Below the pieces are notes generated by a model. It ran no database searches and was not told where the DNA came from. It was given only the letters and a program-made list of their open reading frames with translations. Source: Nemertoderma westbladi (lineage: Eukaryota; Animalia; Xenacoelomorpha). From it: DNA of 50,993 nt. Shown piece by piece: positions 1 through 10,998 of the stretch. Numbering within the stretch: the first letter of the stretch is position 1; the number at the start of each line of letters is the position of its first letter. Position numbers and translations under genes: made by a program. Location of the stretch: NCBI GenBank assembly GCA_032718475.1, contig JAUCBJ010002889.1, forward strand, positions 1-50,993, given 5' to 3'.

Positions 1-869
1 ATAATACAGATAAATATACTGAATGCAATACATTTACGGCTGACTATTCGGATCACGAATTTATAGTATTGAAATCCAAACACGAAACCAGTATATTCTA
101 CAGTTAAATTCCGCGATCTATCACATTTCAATGTATCTGATTTTCTATATTTCCATTTTCTATTTCTATTTTCTGGTATTGCTAAAGAAATTTATTGTTT
201 TTGGTTGGAAAAGTTATCCTCTGTGACAGTCCCAAATAACCAAAAACCAAAAGAACTTTTCGATTACTCAAAAAATTCATTTGGTTATTTTCAAATTTAG
301 ACGCCCTTCCAAGCCGCGGCCCTTAAGATTTACAGTAATAATCCTATTGGTATACGTAAAGGCGGCCCTGAAACGCTGTAAGGTTGTAAAGCTGATAGGC
401 AGCCTACATTACGTACAACTGTAGTTATTGGTGGCATTCCACTAAACTTTGTGTTTGATTTTTTCTAAGTCACTCAGCAAATAACTTAGAGTAGAATGTC
501 AGTATTCCATCAGTCGGTTAGGTAATTCGTAGGATAGATTCAAACACAAGTGACAGAAAATCTGCGCAGAAGAACCTTCCAGCAGATTTCGAGGTAAAAT
601 CTAATGTTCATTACAAATTTAGATACTTTTGGGTGTTTTGGGGTTCTTTTGGGAGTTTAGTAGTACCCCATGAGGTTGCATGCTAAAATTTATGGTCCAA
701 TACTAACTTATTTTTCAATATTTTTGATTTAATCACAATAAAAATAATATAGTTTATCCAGCGTTAGTTTCCCCTTTGCAGCACGGGGAGCTCCTGGATA
801 GTGGCAAGGGATGTTGGCCCTTAAAAAGACCATTTTGGTTTGAGTTCAGTTTGATTATGTCACAGAATT

Positions 870-2690
870 AAAAATCTGTGATTCCTTCATTTGCATTGCG
901 AACAGCAGGAGCAGACACTCGTCTGGGAAAAGTTGATAGAAGTTTATAAAATAAATCTCTGTCATCTAATCAGCCATACTTTCCAGCACAGAATAGGGTT
1001 GGTGCGCAAAAAAATTGTTGGACTAGCTAGAAACAATTGAATAAGAGGTAAGAAGGTGCCCTGAATCGAGTGGCGGGGTGTGTTTTTTGTAAAAACACGA
1101 GGAAACAGTCGAAATGGAGGGTATAAGCAAGCGCGGGAGGCCAATTTTGAAAATCGGCTGTGATTGGCTGCTACATATTTGACGTCATTACGCACTAGGC
1201 AGTGCAGTGATAATTTTTTATCTTGGTTTCTATGGAGAGAGATTTTCGATCGATTCAAATACACATTAACCGTACATTAACAATACACAACCGGGTGTAC
1301 CGGTCACCGGTAAACCCTACTACCCTCCTACTCTTAATGAAGTAAAGCTGCAATACTCAGATACTGCAATAGGTGGGCTTACATACCGGTCGGGTAATCT
1401 GCAGAGTTTGTAATTGTAAACAGCATCTTATGAATCGTCCCCCTTTATAAATTTAATTAATTGTAGCATTAAAAGACGCGCAAGACTCTCCGCTTTCAAT
1501 TGATATAAGCCACGTGTGAAATGATTGAGATTTAATGTGTATTTGAATCGATCTAAAATCTCTCTCCATAGAAACCAAGATAAAAAAATTATCAGTTCAC
1601 TGCGCAATGAAGTCAAATATGTAGCAGCCAATCACAGCCGATTTTCAAAGTTGGCTTCCCGCGCTTACTTATACCTGCCATTTCGACTGTTTCCACGTGT
1701 TTTTACAAAAAACACACCCCGCCTCTTGATTCAGGCACCTTCTTACCCCTTATTCATTTGTTTCTAGCCCAACAATTTTTTCGCGCACCAACCCTATTCA
1801 GGAATTGTTTGAGTACAACTTTGGAGTATTGCATATCGGATTGTTCCATCATCATTAAGTCTTCAACGAGTTGCTTGACTATAGCCCATAAATCCTCTAC
1901 TGGGATTAGGTCAGGGGAATTTCCCGGACACTCAATGTTTCCAAAGAAGTCAACACCAGACGCCAGAGAAACCTGATACTGAACTATTACAAAATTAACA
2001 TTCCATTACCTGACTAGATGAGATGAGACACACATCGCTCGTTCTCTTAGAGCCTTTGAATCGCATTCCGTATTGTGCAATTGCTATGATTATTAATTAT
2101 ATCGGGCTACCACGACCACGACGCAGTGCAGGCAGATGACGGCTCTCCGTTTAAGTTATGGAAGCACTGCCGTCATTCGTATTCAACACTCTGACATTGG
2201 CCAGAGTAGTATAGTAGTCCTTGATATTGGTGCATCTCTTAAACTTATCGATCTATCTCGTTTTTATTTATATAATGCTTTATGCAGTAACTGTTTTTAC
2301 TCATTGTCACCATGTGTGAATTAAACATTAAACAAATAAACAAACTATAGGTTTCATACAGGGCGCACGGTCATGAAGAAAGGTCACCTCATTGGGGTCT
2401 ATCACGTTATCAGGGTTGTCTAAGAAGGGCAGAACATTCTTAGAGAGAATAACTTGCCTAAAGTATTCACCATCCCACGACTGTCCCTGATCTTTGATGA
2501 CAAACATCATCCTACGAGCTGTGAACATTATAAAAAACCCAACACACTCTGGATGGTTAGGCATCTGACGAATGCGGAACTCATCATCAATATCCTCCAA
2601 TCGCAGCCGCAGGGACCAAATTCTGTTATTCTGATGGTTTGGTTTACGCACTGTCCAAACAAAGTACTCATCACTGCACGCAACATGCAT
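870..2690 (-). pseudogene. Fragmented Tc1/mariner-superfamily transposase
   Basis: ACSDE...FLHDRAPC (2346-2690), then PGNSPDLIPVEDLWAIVK (1800-1975, SPDLNPIENLW-like), then C-terminal LLSTFPRRVSA...GITDF* (870-990). It is split by insertions. Confidence 0.8.
991..1799. mobile_element. Foldback/MITE-like element with ~280-bp inverted arms, nested in the Tc1 remnant
   Basis: GAATAGGGTTGGTGCGC...(991-1270) is the reverse complement of ~1530-1799. Possible 3-bp TSD CAG. Confidence 0.8.
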
Positions 2691-2694
2691 AAAC

Positions 2695-3266
2695 TCATCT
2701 CATCCTACAGACCAACAACCACGTTACAAAATGTAAGCCGATCCTGTTCTGTACCACATTTGAGCATAGTTCATCAACTGAAATAACAAGATCCTCACCA
2801 CAAATTGGGCCCCAGAATAAATTAGGTGCCTGTGATGGAATATAATCAGGAAGATCAGGTTCAACTCCATTTACTACTGAGTCTACCGAGGGTGGTTGCA
2901 CACTTATCTTGATGGTGCTTGAACCTTCTGCTATTGATAGGGTATCCCCCACTCTAGATGTACTTGATGGATGTTGATATTTAGATATGCAAGGAAAGGA
3001 GCTATAGATGGGAAATTATAAAACCAGATCCTATACAGGATGCTCCCTTAAAATTATTATGCTTCCACAACTTAGGATTGGCTGTAATCATTTCTTTTGG
3101 CAAGAAGGGCATACATTTTTGCTAGTTTGTGCAGTTTAGGAGGCTGATTAAATGAACCTTGCTGAATTGGTGAAGGTTGAGGGGTTTGAGGTGAAACTGG
3201 CTGGGTGGAAGTGGGTTGTGAGGGGACCGAGTCTGCAGCTTTCACTAGAACTGATTTTGATGACAC
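2695..3266 (-). pseudogene. Decayed fragment resembling the pre-RT region of a CRE/R2-type non-LTR retrotransposon
   Basis: FWGPICGEDLVISVDELCSNVVQ resembles the WG..G..F...I...Y..VV motif as I recall it. Upstream is an S/P/Q-rich linker. Confidence 0.35.
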
Positions 3267-3319
3267 CTAGGAGTGAAGATATACACGAAAGGACTGAATA
3301 GAGATATCGTTAACTGTAA

Positions 3320-3756
3320 TCACATTAATTAATATTAATTAATCACAATAATTAATATTAATTAATCACAATAAATAATATTAATTAATCACAATAAATA
3401 ATATTAATTAATCACATTAATTAATCACAATAATTAATATTAATTAATCACAATAAATAATATTAATTAATCACAATAAATAATATTAATTAATCACATT
3501 AATTAATATTAATTAAACATAATAATTAATATTAATTATACACAATAATTAACATTAATTAAACACAATAATTAATATTAATTAAACATAATCATTAATA
3601 GTAATTAAACACAATAATTAATATTAATTAAATACAATAATTAATATTAATTAAAATTAAACACAATAATTAACATTAATTAAACACAATAATTAACAAT
3701 AATTAAACACAATAATTAACATTAATTAAACACAATAATTAACAATAATTAAACAC
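3320..3756. repeat. AT-rich minisatellite
   Basis: ~21-bp degenerate unit ATTAATTAA(T/A)CACAATAATTAAT, abutting an exon donor site. Confidence 0.92.
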
Positions 3757-3760
3757 TTAC

Positions 3761-4384
3761 TTGTTTCAATAGTTACATTGGAATTCGGTTCGCCCGACAC
3801 TAGCGGTGGGTCCCCCAGTGTTGAAACGGTAACTATAGTGATAGTGTAACTCGTGCCAGAGACAGGTAAATGTAGATAAATAGTTTCGTTCGGCGTCTCT
3901 TTGTTAAATGGTTCACCACCATTGTAAGTAGCAGTAATTTTATATATGACATCTTCACCAACCTCACCCCACGTTAACACGGCGCTATCGTTGTCTTTAT
4001 CGTTGACTATAATACTATCATTATTGACGGATAGCGGTCTGGTGTAAGCTTCCTTATATTCAACTGAACCACTCTGCTCCCCATGTATTACTGTAACACC
4101 AATAGTGTACTCAGTGTTCGGAGACAGACCATCACAAATGAACGGTGGTCCAGTTGATGGTGACATTGCATTACAACTGCCTACATTAGAGTTATATGAA
4201 ACCTCGAACGTATATCCATTACCACTACTGGGTGAATCCCATGTGATTGTTATCGAATCGGTTGTTTGAGCGGTAACGTTAATCCCAGAAACCGTGGGTA
4301 CAGATTTGGTGGTGATATTGATAGAACCAGATGGATAATTGGTTTTTCTGATGGTTGAAATCAGGGAAACATTATATTCCGTCT
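3761..4384 (-). CDS. FN3 host gene exon (end of one FN3 plus 2 FN3)
   Basis: 624 nt, ctgtag|...A|gtaagt. Reads ETEYNVSL...ITITWDSP...LSPNTEYTIGV...VLTWG...SGTSYTITI. Same layout as exon 36564-37169. Confidence 0.88.
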
Positions 4385-5099
4385 CTACAGGAATAAATTA
4401 AAACGAGGGGATGTAGATTAAAGTTTAAGTAAACTTAATTTAATGAATGTTTTTAAAGTAAAAAAAATAAAAAAACGTATATATTATGTTCTTCGATAAT
4501 AGAAAAGTATCTGAATAAGTTTAAGCACTGTTTGTAAATAACTTTAATTGACTGAAATTCGATTATTTTCTCTGAGTGTGAGTGTATTGAGTTTTGCACG
4601 AATAGGCAGGTTTTAAAATGTCATCCGGGTATTCGAGTGCAAAACTCAATACACGAGGGCACAGGGCAAATCTGAACTGAAATGAGTGACAAGGAGGTCT
4701 TTCCGGCACGTTTTTTTTTTTTTATGAAAATGTTTTTTTCTACAAAATTTAACGAGTTACAGGTAGGAGGACCCTACTGATTTTATAATTAAATTGCATT
4801 AGGTAGGCGCTATGCCTGCTAACTACTTTCAGTTGGCAAGGCACACAACCGTTACCGTTGAATAAAATAATCTCGATATGTTGAATATATTATTACCAAT
4901 TATCATTTTTATTCATTTACAAATGATTATGTTGGAAATAATAACGGAATAGTGAATTATTGCGTTCAACCGATAAAAACAGCAATATAACATATTCATA
5001 TTGTTCTTTTGGTACGAAATGCGTCTATCAACAAATCTTTCAACAATAATCCGATATCTGTGATTATAATATCATATCAAAAATTTTAAAGGATAAAAG

Positions 5100-5170
5100 A
5101 TGCTGCTGTGGTCGGGTCTCAAACCCAATAAACAACATCACAGCCCCTGCGCTCTGCCGACTGAGCTAAA
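5100..5170 (-). repeat. tRNA-derived (SINE-like) remnant
   Basis: Minus strand reads TAGCTCAGTCGGCAGAGCG...GGGTTTGAGACCC (A box and B box). The stems are incomplete. Confidence 0.55.
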
Positions 5171-5407
5171 GTTTCGATCTTTCTCTAAAATAATGAAAGA
5201 AATAATTTCTGTCAATAATTTAGTGAGAGAAAGTAACAATATCGAGATCCCAAGTACTTGCTTGCATTATGACTTGTGTTCAACAAATTTTAGTAGATTT
5301 TTCGGATAAAAATCTGTCTAAAATAAGAATTTGAACTATAGTCCATTCCATTCCTATAACTTTTCTATATTATATTAACGAAAACTAATCGATGGATTTA
5401 ACGTTAC

Positions 5408-5596
5408 CTTGCGTAAGATTTTCACAAGTCCCAGAAGAATCGTTTACAGTCCTTATAACTGTATCGGAATCATCAGCTTTACAAGTAACAGTGTAGCCAC
5501 TAATTAATTTATCTACTTTCGTGTCAACGTCCCAGGAAATTGTAACTGAATTTATCGTAGAGGATGAATCATTGTTATTGATGATATTAGTATCAC
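5408..5596 (-). CDS. FN3 host gene exon (first half of an FN3)
   Basis: 189 nt, tatag|...G|gtaacg. Reads SVTISWD...ISGYTVTC...CENLTQ and splices in frame to the next exon (ETEYNVSL). Confidence 0.85.
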
Positions 5597-6548
5597 CTAT
5601 AAATATGTTCAAAGAGATTTATTCAAATAATTAAGTATAACACAAAATAATATCAAATAAGTTAATTTAGTGGCGATAGAACGTTTTTATATAAAACGTA
5701 AACTAGATTACACAACCAGTGCTACATTAAAATTTTGGATTTCAGTACCACACCTAATATTAGTACTAACATTAAGACCGTAAGGTGTAAGTATTTCAAA
5801 TCTGCAAAATATTCTGACAAGAAAATACCGTAGCAAAATCAATAGTGATAAATTCAATCGTTATCTTTCTTATAGAATATGTCCGTAATTTTGAATGTTT
5901 AAATCTCTAAAATTCTGGAATATAGAAACTACCTTTCTAAACTCATAAAGTTAGACCACCCTCACCCCAAGATCGCATTCGATTTGAAATAGAAAGTGTC
6001 TCCCTTGATATTGAACCAGTTGTTACAACTAAGTTATTCTTCTACTTTATAGTGATTTGTTGGTACTGATGGAAAGCTGACAATACAAGAATGAAAAATA
6101 GCTGTTACAAAAGCGTTCAAACGTTGCATAGTTTTCCATCCACTGAAGTCCAATTATAGTTATCTTTTAAAAGTAGCTGGACAACAACAATGTAATACCT
6201 ATCAATTACTATTACTAGCTTTTCATACAGTGTAAATGTTCTGGTGTATTTTATTTAAAAAATAGCCAATAATATAAAATAAAATAGCCTCAAGCAGAAG
6301 CAAAACCACGCAACTTTCGAACGCCCAAATCTCAGCTATCTCGCAACGAAAATTTAGATTTGATTACATTAGGAATCCCTGCAACGTTAACTTTCCAACG
6401 GCACCAACGAATCACTCACTATAAGGTTGAGGAATCACTGCAGTGTACTGGCACTGCGTCAAGAATAAAAATATTCACCTAACATATAAAACTCAATACA
6501 ATATTTACTTAATTATTCAAGCACGTTATCGTTATGTAAAAAAGCCTT

Positions 6549-6641
6549 ACCGGTAGGTATGTACGGACCGGTAGGTATGTACGGACCGGTAGGTATGTAC
6601 GGACCGGTAGGTATGTACGGACCGGTAGGTATGTACGGACC
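6549..6641. repeat. 18-bp tandem repeat x5
   Basis: ACCGGTAGGTATGTACGG repeated. Confidence 0.95.
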
Positions 6642-6837
6642 AAACTATGTAAAACACTAAAACACAACTGTGTATAGGCACAGCTGTGTTTTATGCATGC
6701 ACGTTGCAAGAAATCATCAGATCGGTAGGTTTCGATTCCCAGCTTAAGAAATTTTCAAGGGCCAACAAAGTCCGGAAAATGTGTTGGTTGGAGAGAAATG
6801 CCAAGGGGAAGAAGAACGACCGTGAAATGAAGAGAGA

Positions 6838-7790
6838 CGCCACATTGGATAACTGCTTATCAGGAGAAAGTACAGTGAAAAATATTTTCTCGAAAGTTAA
6901 CAGTAGGCTTAGGTTTCTATACAGAAATAAAAATAGTTTGAACACCGACTCCCGCAAGTTACTTTGCTCTTCTTTAATACAGTGTCACATGGACTATGCA
7001 TGCTCTTCTTGGTATGAAGGCCTAACCAAACAGCTTAAATGTAAATTACAAGTAGCTCAGAATAAAGTAGTACGATTTATTAAAGACTACAAACCTAGGC
7101 ACCACCTAACTCCAGATGACTTTTCTGAATCTGGACTACTTAACTTAGATAGTAGAGTTAAGCAGCTACGCCTTAACCATGTGCATAAAGTGTATAATGG
7201 TAAATGTCCCAATTACCTAAAACAAAAATTCAACAGAGTACGCGATACACACTCTTACAGTACCAGAGCTAGTGCTTCAAACTTCTACCTCCCGAATTGT
7301 AAATCCTTTGAATCTGATACTTTCTTTTTTAACGGCATAAAAAATTGGAACGCTCTGCCTAATGAAATTAAAAACCTAAATAATCAACATTCTTTTAAAT
7401 CTGCAGTTAAATCTCACCTCCGTGTGCAATGTAAAAATAGGTACAATAGTCCTACAGTAAGTTATTAGTTTATTAATTATTTACTATTTATACTGTAATT
7501 ACGTTTTATAATAAATTGTTCTGTACATTACATCTTTATCGTTGAGTCGGACATTGTCACGCTCTCGGTAAAGTTGTACATGTACATAGTGTAATTACGT
7601 TTTATATTGGTTTTAGGTTAGCGTAGTGTAATATTGTATTTGTAACCAAGTAACATAAAGGACCCCCTTGGAAATAAGCTGCAAAGCTTTAGGGGTAATC
7701 CTATATGTTATGTTGGACAATACCTTTATACCGGTACATTGTTTGGTGTATTTGTTATTGTTTTTACATAATGTATAAATAGATCTATCT
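6838..7790 (+). mobile_element. 5'-truncated LINE (CR1/L2/Crack group): C-terminus of ORF2 plus 3' UTR
   Basis: TLDNCLS...SRLRFLYR...DYACSSW...LQVAQNKVVRFI...HSYSTR...WNALPNEIK...FKSAVKSHL, with stop at 7468. The 3' UTR contains GGACCCCCTTGGAAATAAG. Confidence 0.85.
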
Positions 7791-8009
7791 ATGACGCATA
7801 CTGTACAGTAACTATATAACCACTAAACTGTGGGGGGGGGGGGGGGGGGGTGGGGCATTCACGTGTCTGCTTGTTGGTGATTGGTTTACAAGTGCTTATA
7901 TAAAATATCTCAAGCTTTTGCAAAACAGGCGGTATATTATAGTGGGTATCGTACAATTACTTTGAAAATGTTTTCAAACAGTTCACGCCAGTCAGTCAAT
8001 CAAAGTGAA

Positions 8010-8068
8010 TTGGACTCACCGAGGTGGGTATTGGACTCACCGAGGTGGGTATTGGACTCACCGAGGTG
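8010..8068. repeat. 21-bp tandem repeat x3
   Basis: TTGGACTCACCGAGGTGGGTA repeated. Confidence 0.9.
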
Positions 8069-8598
8069 TATATATAAGTAGTTTTTGGTCCACCAAAAAG
8101 TCGACCTTATGGTCGACCAAAAATACTTGTCATAAAAGTACGTGTCCAAACAAGTGTTGGATAGGGTATCCTACATATATTCAGTTACAAAAGGTTCATG
8201 ATAATGTATAATCAACCTTCGGTTGTCACTAAAACTTACAGAAAATGGGTCTCGAATCTTCCGCAGCTACCTACGCCTACTGGTACCATCACATCAGTTA
8301 CACTGGCTAATGCCAAGAATCTTCTTAGCAACAACAGAAGCGACTTGGAGTTGGGAAACATCCCCCATCCTTACTCAATTAATGTTATTTGGCCAATGAG
8401 TAAATTATTTGGTGCAGAAAGTATGTGTTTTGCTAATTTTTTAATGTTTTTTTGGGTAAACTTTAATTGGTTATAGAATTATATTCCCTAAATGCCGTGG
8501 ATTTTCAAAATTTTATTTTATTCGAATTAACTTTGTAAAAGATTGCTTTGAGTCCTCATTTGTATTTGTTATATCTATTGTACGCCTATTGGTCAAGT

Positions 8599-8685
8599 GG
8601 TTCAGTAGCTCAGTCGGTAGAGCGTTGGAAATTATATGTGTAGTAGGTATTGAGTTCGAATCCTAGTAAGTGCGAATTATTTTTT
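8599..8685 (+). promoter_or_regulatory. tRNA-derived Pol III cassette in LTR U3 (second copy 23158-23244)
   Basis: A box TAGCTCAGTCGG (8606-8617) with an intact D-stem GCTC/GAGC, B box GAGTTCGAATCC (8652-8663), and a T6 run (8680-8685). The acceptor and anticodon stems do not pair, so it is not a functional tRNA. Confidence 0.75.
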
Positions 8686-8753
8686 GTGCAGAATTTCAAC
8701 TCATTTAAATTGACCGCTACAAATTAAAGTGCATTTGTTTGTACCTAGATTAA

Positions 8754-8900
8754 CCAATGACACTGTAGTTATTTGATCGTAACCAATGTCGTACAAGTTA
8801 TATATTAGCTGGACCAATAGCTATCTTTAAAAACCTGTTAGAACCTATAGAACAATCGAGAATTTTCTCGATTGATTGCAGCACAAATTTGCTATATAAA
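8754..8900 (+). promoter_or_regulatory. Pol II promoter of the LTR: three CCAAT boxes plus TATA box
   Basis: CCAAT at 8754, 8783 and 8814 (~30-bp spacing), TATATAAA at 8893-8900. Candidate AATAAA signals lie at 9008-9013 and 9591-9596. Confidence 0.7.
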
Positions 8901-10371
8901 GGTGCGATTTGTTCATTAGTTATACTTCTCAGATTATCTTATCTTATCAATATTCTGTCGTGCTTAGTTTATTTCAGATTACATTGTATTATAATTATAT
9001 CTTCTGTAATAAAGTCAGAATTATCGCTAATCTGCCTTTTCTATCTGTTTTACCATGATTCACCACGGTGAACCCAACTAAGGGACAGGATGGCCAGCTA
9101 GAGATCGGGCCGCAGCAATGAACGGGAACATCACGGGAATGTAGACAAGAGACAACCCGCAATACCATCTTGAGTTATTCGCCCATCGCCTGAAAGGTTA
9201 GACAGCGTTCGACGCCTCGCTACCTAAGCGTAAGACCAAAGATCAAAAGGTAGAAGTAGTGACACGCTGTGAGCCTAAAATTACATCTTAGGGACTGTAC
9301 TGTCTTGATTCAGGAAAAAACCACAGTAGACCTTCACATTCCTACGGGGGGAGAACGCAGGCAGATACTAGTACGCAGATAGGACGTAGGCACACCGGTA
9401 CGAAGCATACACATTGGTAGGGTGCAGCAAACTGTACGCCTAACTCTTGCTAAGTGCAGGTGCGTGTGCGACTATTTGTAGTACAACGGTGTCCATTGCA
9501 TTAGAACTTGTAGGCTAGAGGGGTTGCTGTGTTTTCACCTGAATTAGGATTGTACCGTTCAGGCGGTAGGGCAGTTTACAACTAGGCGCAAATAAATTGA
9601 GGCTATTAGGGATATACTAACATCTACCGTGTCCCCGCCAACGCCCTAATAGGAAGTTACCCAGCCTACCTAGGTGACTAAAATTCTAGATAAGAGCCAG
9701 GATAGCTATTAGTAACTGTACGCCTACAGTAGTAAACTAACACATCTCTTCTTAGTATCAGGGACCTGGTACCTAAAATTGCCGAATTCTGGGCGTAGCA
9801 TTAACCTTATGCCTGAATTTGAGTCCTGGAAATACGCAAGAGGGGAAGGAACCTTATCATTCGTGAGTATTGGACCTACAAGTTACAAAATTAGAATATT
9901 CGTAAAATGCACACCGTACCCAGTAATTATATATGTGAAGGAGCAAAACTGCTTTTGACTGTTTAGAATTAACACACACGCGCGTTAGAAATTATTTACA
10001 CCTCAAAATATATAAAATTAACTTTTGTCCGTACTGTGCTTTGCCCGCTAGTTAGACATCTCCAAATCTCTGCCTCTGTACCTAGCTAGCGTCCCTTTGC
10101 CCAACCATATAAATCACACCGCAGCAAAGTATACGAGCCCCTTAGTCCGTCAGTGAGTCAGCCTGATTTTAGGATTCGCTGCGCGGGATTTTGTTTTATC
10201 GAAGTTTGTCTGCTCGTAGACTGTTTTCTGCCTCACCGGTTATAAGAGATCGATACTGCAATATATTCGCTTACTTAGAGTTTATTGTTTTGGTGAGAAG
10301 GTCGGATTTATGATTTGATTCACAAACTTTACAGTAGGATATTGCAGGTATTGTTACTGTCTCTTCGAATA

Positions 10372-10390
10372 GTAGGAATGTGTTTTACTG
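10372..10390 (+). promoter_or_regulatory. Putative non-tRNA primer-binding site
   Basis: Directly follows the 5' LTR and lacks TGG. GTAGGAATGTG is the exact reverse complement of LTR-internal CACATTCCTAC (9335-9345). Confidence 0.65.
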
Positions 10391-10707
10391 AACTACGGTT
10401 CGGTAGGACTAAAGTTATTTGAAAATTTTGTATTTTGAGGTAAAAATGTATATTTGATTAGCTAAGTGCTAATTTTTTGAAATAAAATTTGATTTGAACC
10501 GCGTGTAAAATATTTTTGGAATTGAATACCGGTGTTTAAAAAGGGTTTAAATACCATATTGTACCGGTACAAAATTTTCGTAAAGTAAAACCTAACTCTT
10601 TTGTTTTTTCAGGATTCAGAACTCATTTCTAGACTGTAACGGGAGCAAGACCGTGTTTAGCAAGTTTGGGAGATAGATAACTCAACAACTTTGGTTGGGA
10701 AAATCGT

Positions 10708-10998
10708 GTTTCGTCCGCAACGCTGGAAACGGAAAGGTTCACGTTCGGTTTGTATCTGGGAATCTGTTTTTTCTGGAGAATTATTGGAGTGGGTGAGTTC
10801 GAAAAGTTGCATAAATAAGTTAGGCATTACCGTATTAGTTAAAATTATTGTGGTTTCGTCCGCAACGCTGGAAACGGAAAGGTTCACGTTCGGTTTGTAT
10901 CTGGGAATCTGTTTTTTCTGGAGAATTATTGGAGTGGGTGAGTTCGAAAAGTTGCATAAATAAGTTAGGCATTACCGTATTAGTTAAAATTATTGTGG
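10708..10998 (+). repeat. 145-bp tandem duplication in the element's 5' leader
   Basis: GTTTCGTCCGCAACGCTGG...AAAATTATTGTGG occurs twice, with starts at 10708 and 10853. Each copy contains a GG|GTGAGT splice-donor consensus. Confidence 0.92.

Larger units (their letters stand above)
8472..10371 (+). repeat. 5' LTR (1900 bp)
   Basis: Begins TATAGAATTATATTCCC and ends CTCTTCGAATA. It matches 23031-24937 except, as far as I could see, a 7-bp indel and one A/G substitution (GCAGC vs GCGGC). Confidence 0.95.

Noticed and set aside
962-1767. Small ORFs 962-1264, 1428-1631, 1525-1767 and 38016-38243 with similar peptides
   Set aside because: They are translations of the inverted arms of a non-coding MITE.
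6686-6837. N-terminus of the 260-aa ORF as part of a real protein
   Set aside because: LINE-like residues start only at TLDNCLS. The upstream part is flanking sequence that happens to be in frame.
8599-8672. Functional tRNA gene in the LTR
   Set aside because: The acceptor, anticodon and T stems do not pair. Only the A/B boxes and D-stem remain.
8889-9071. 60-aa hydrophobic ORF duplicated at 23448
   Set aside because: It overlaps the TATA box, starts at a non-ATG codon, and is duplicated only because it is in the LTR.
9346-9420. HDV-like or hammerhead ribozyme, or a tRNA-like RNase P site, just 3' of the putative primer
   Set aside because: I found no partner strand for the G-run and no CUGANGA/GAAA core by eye; a covariance search is needed.
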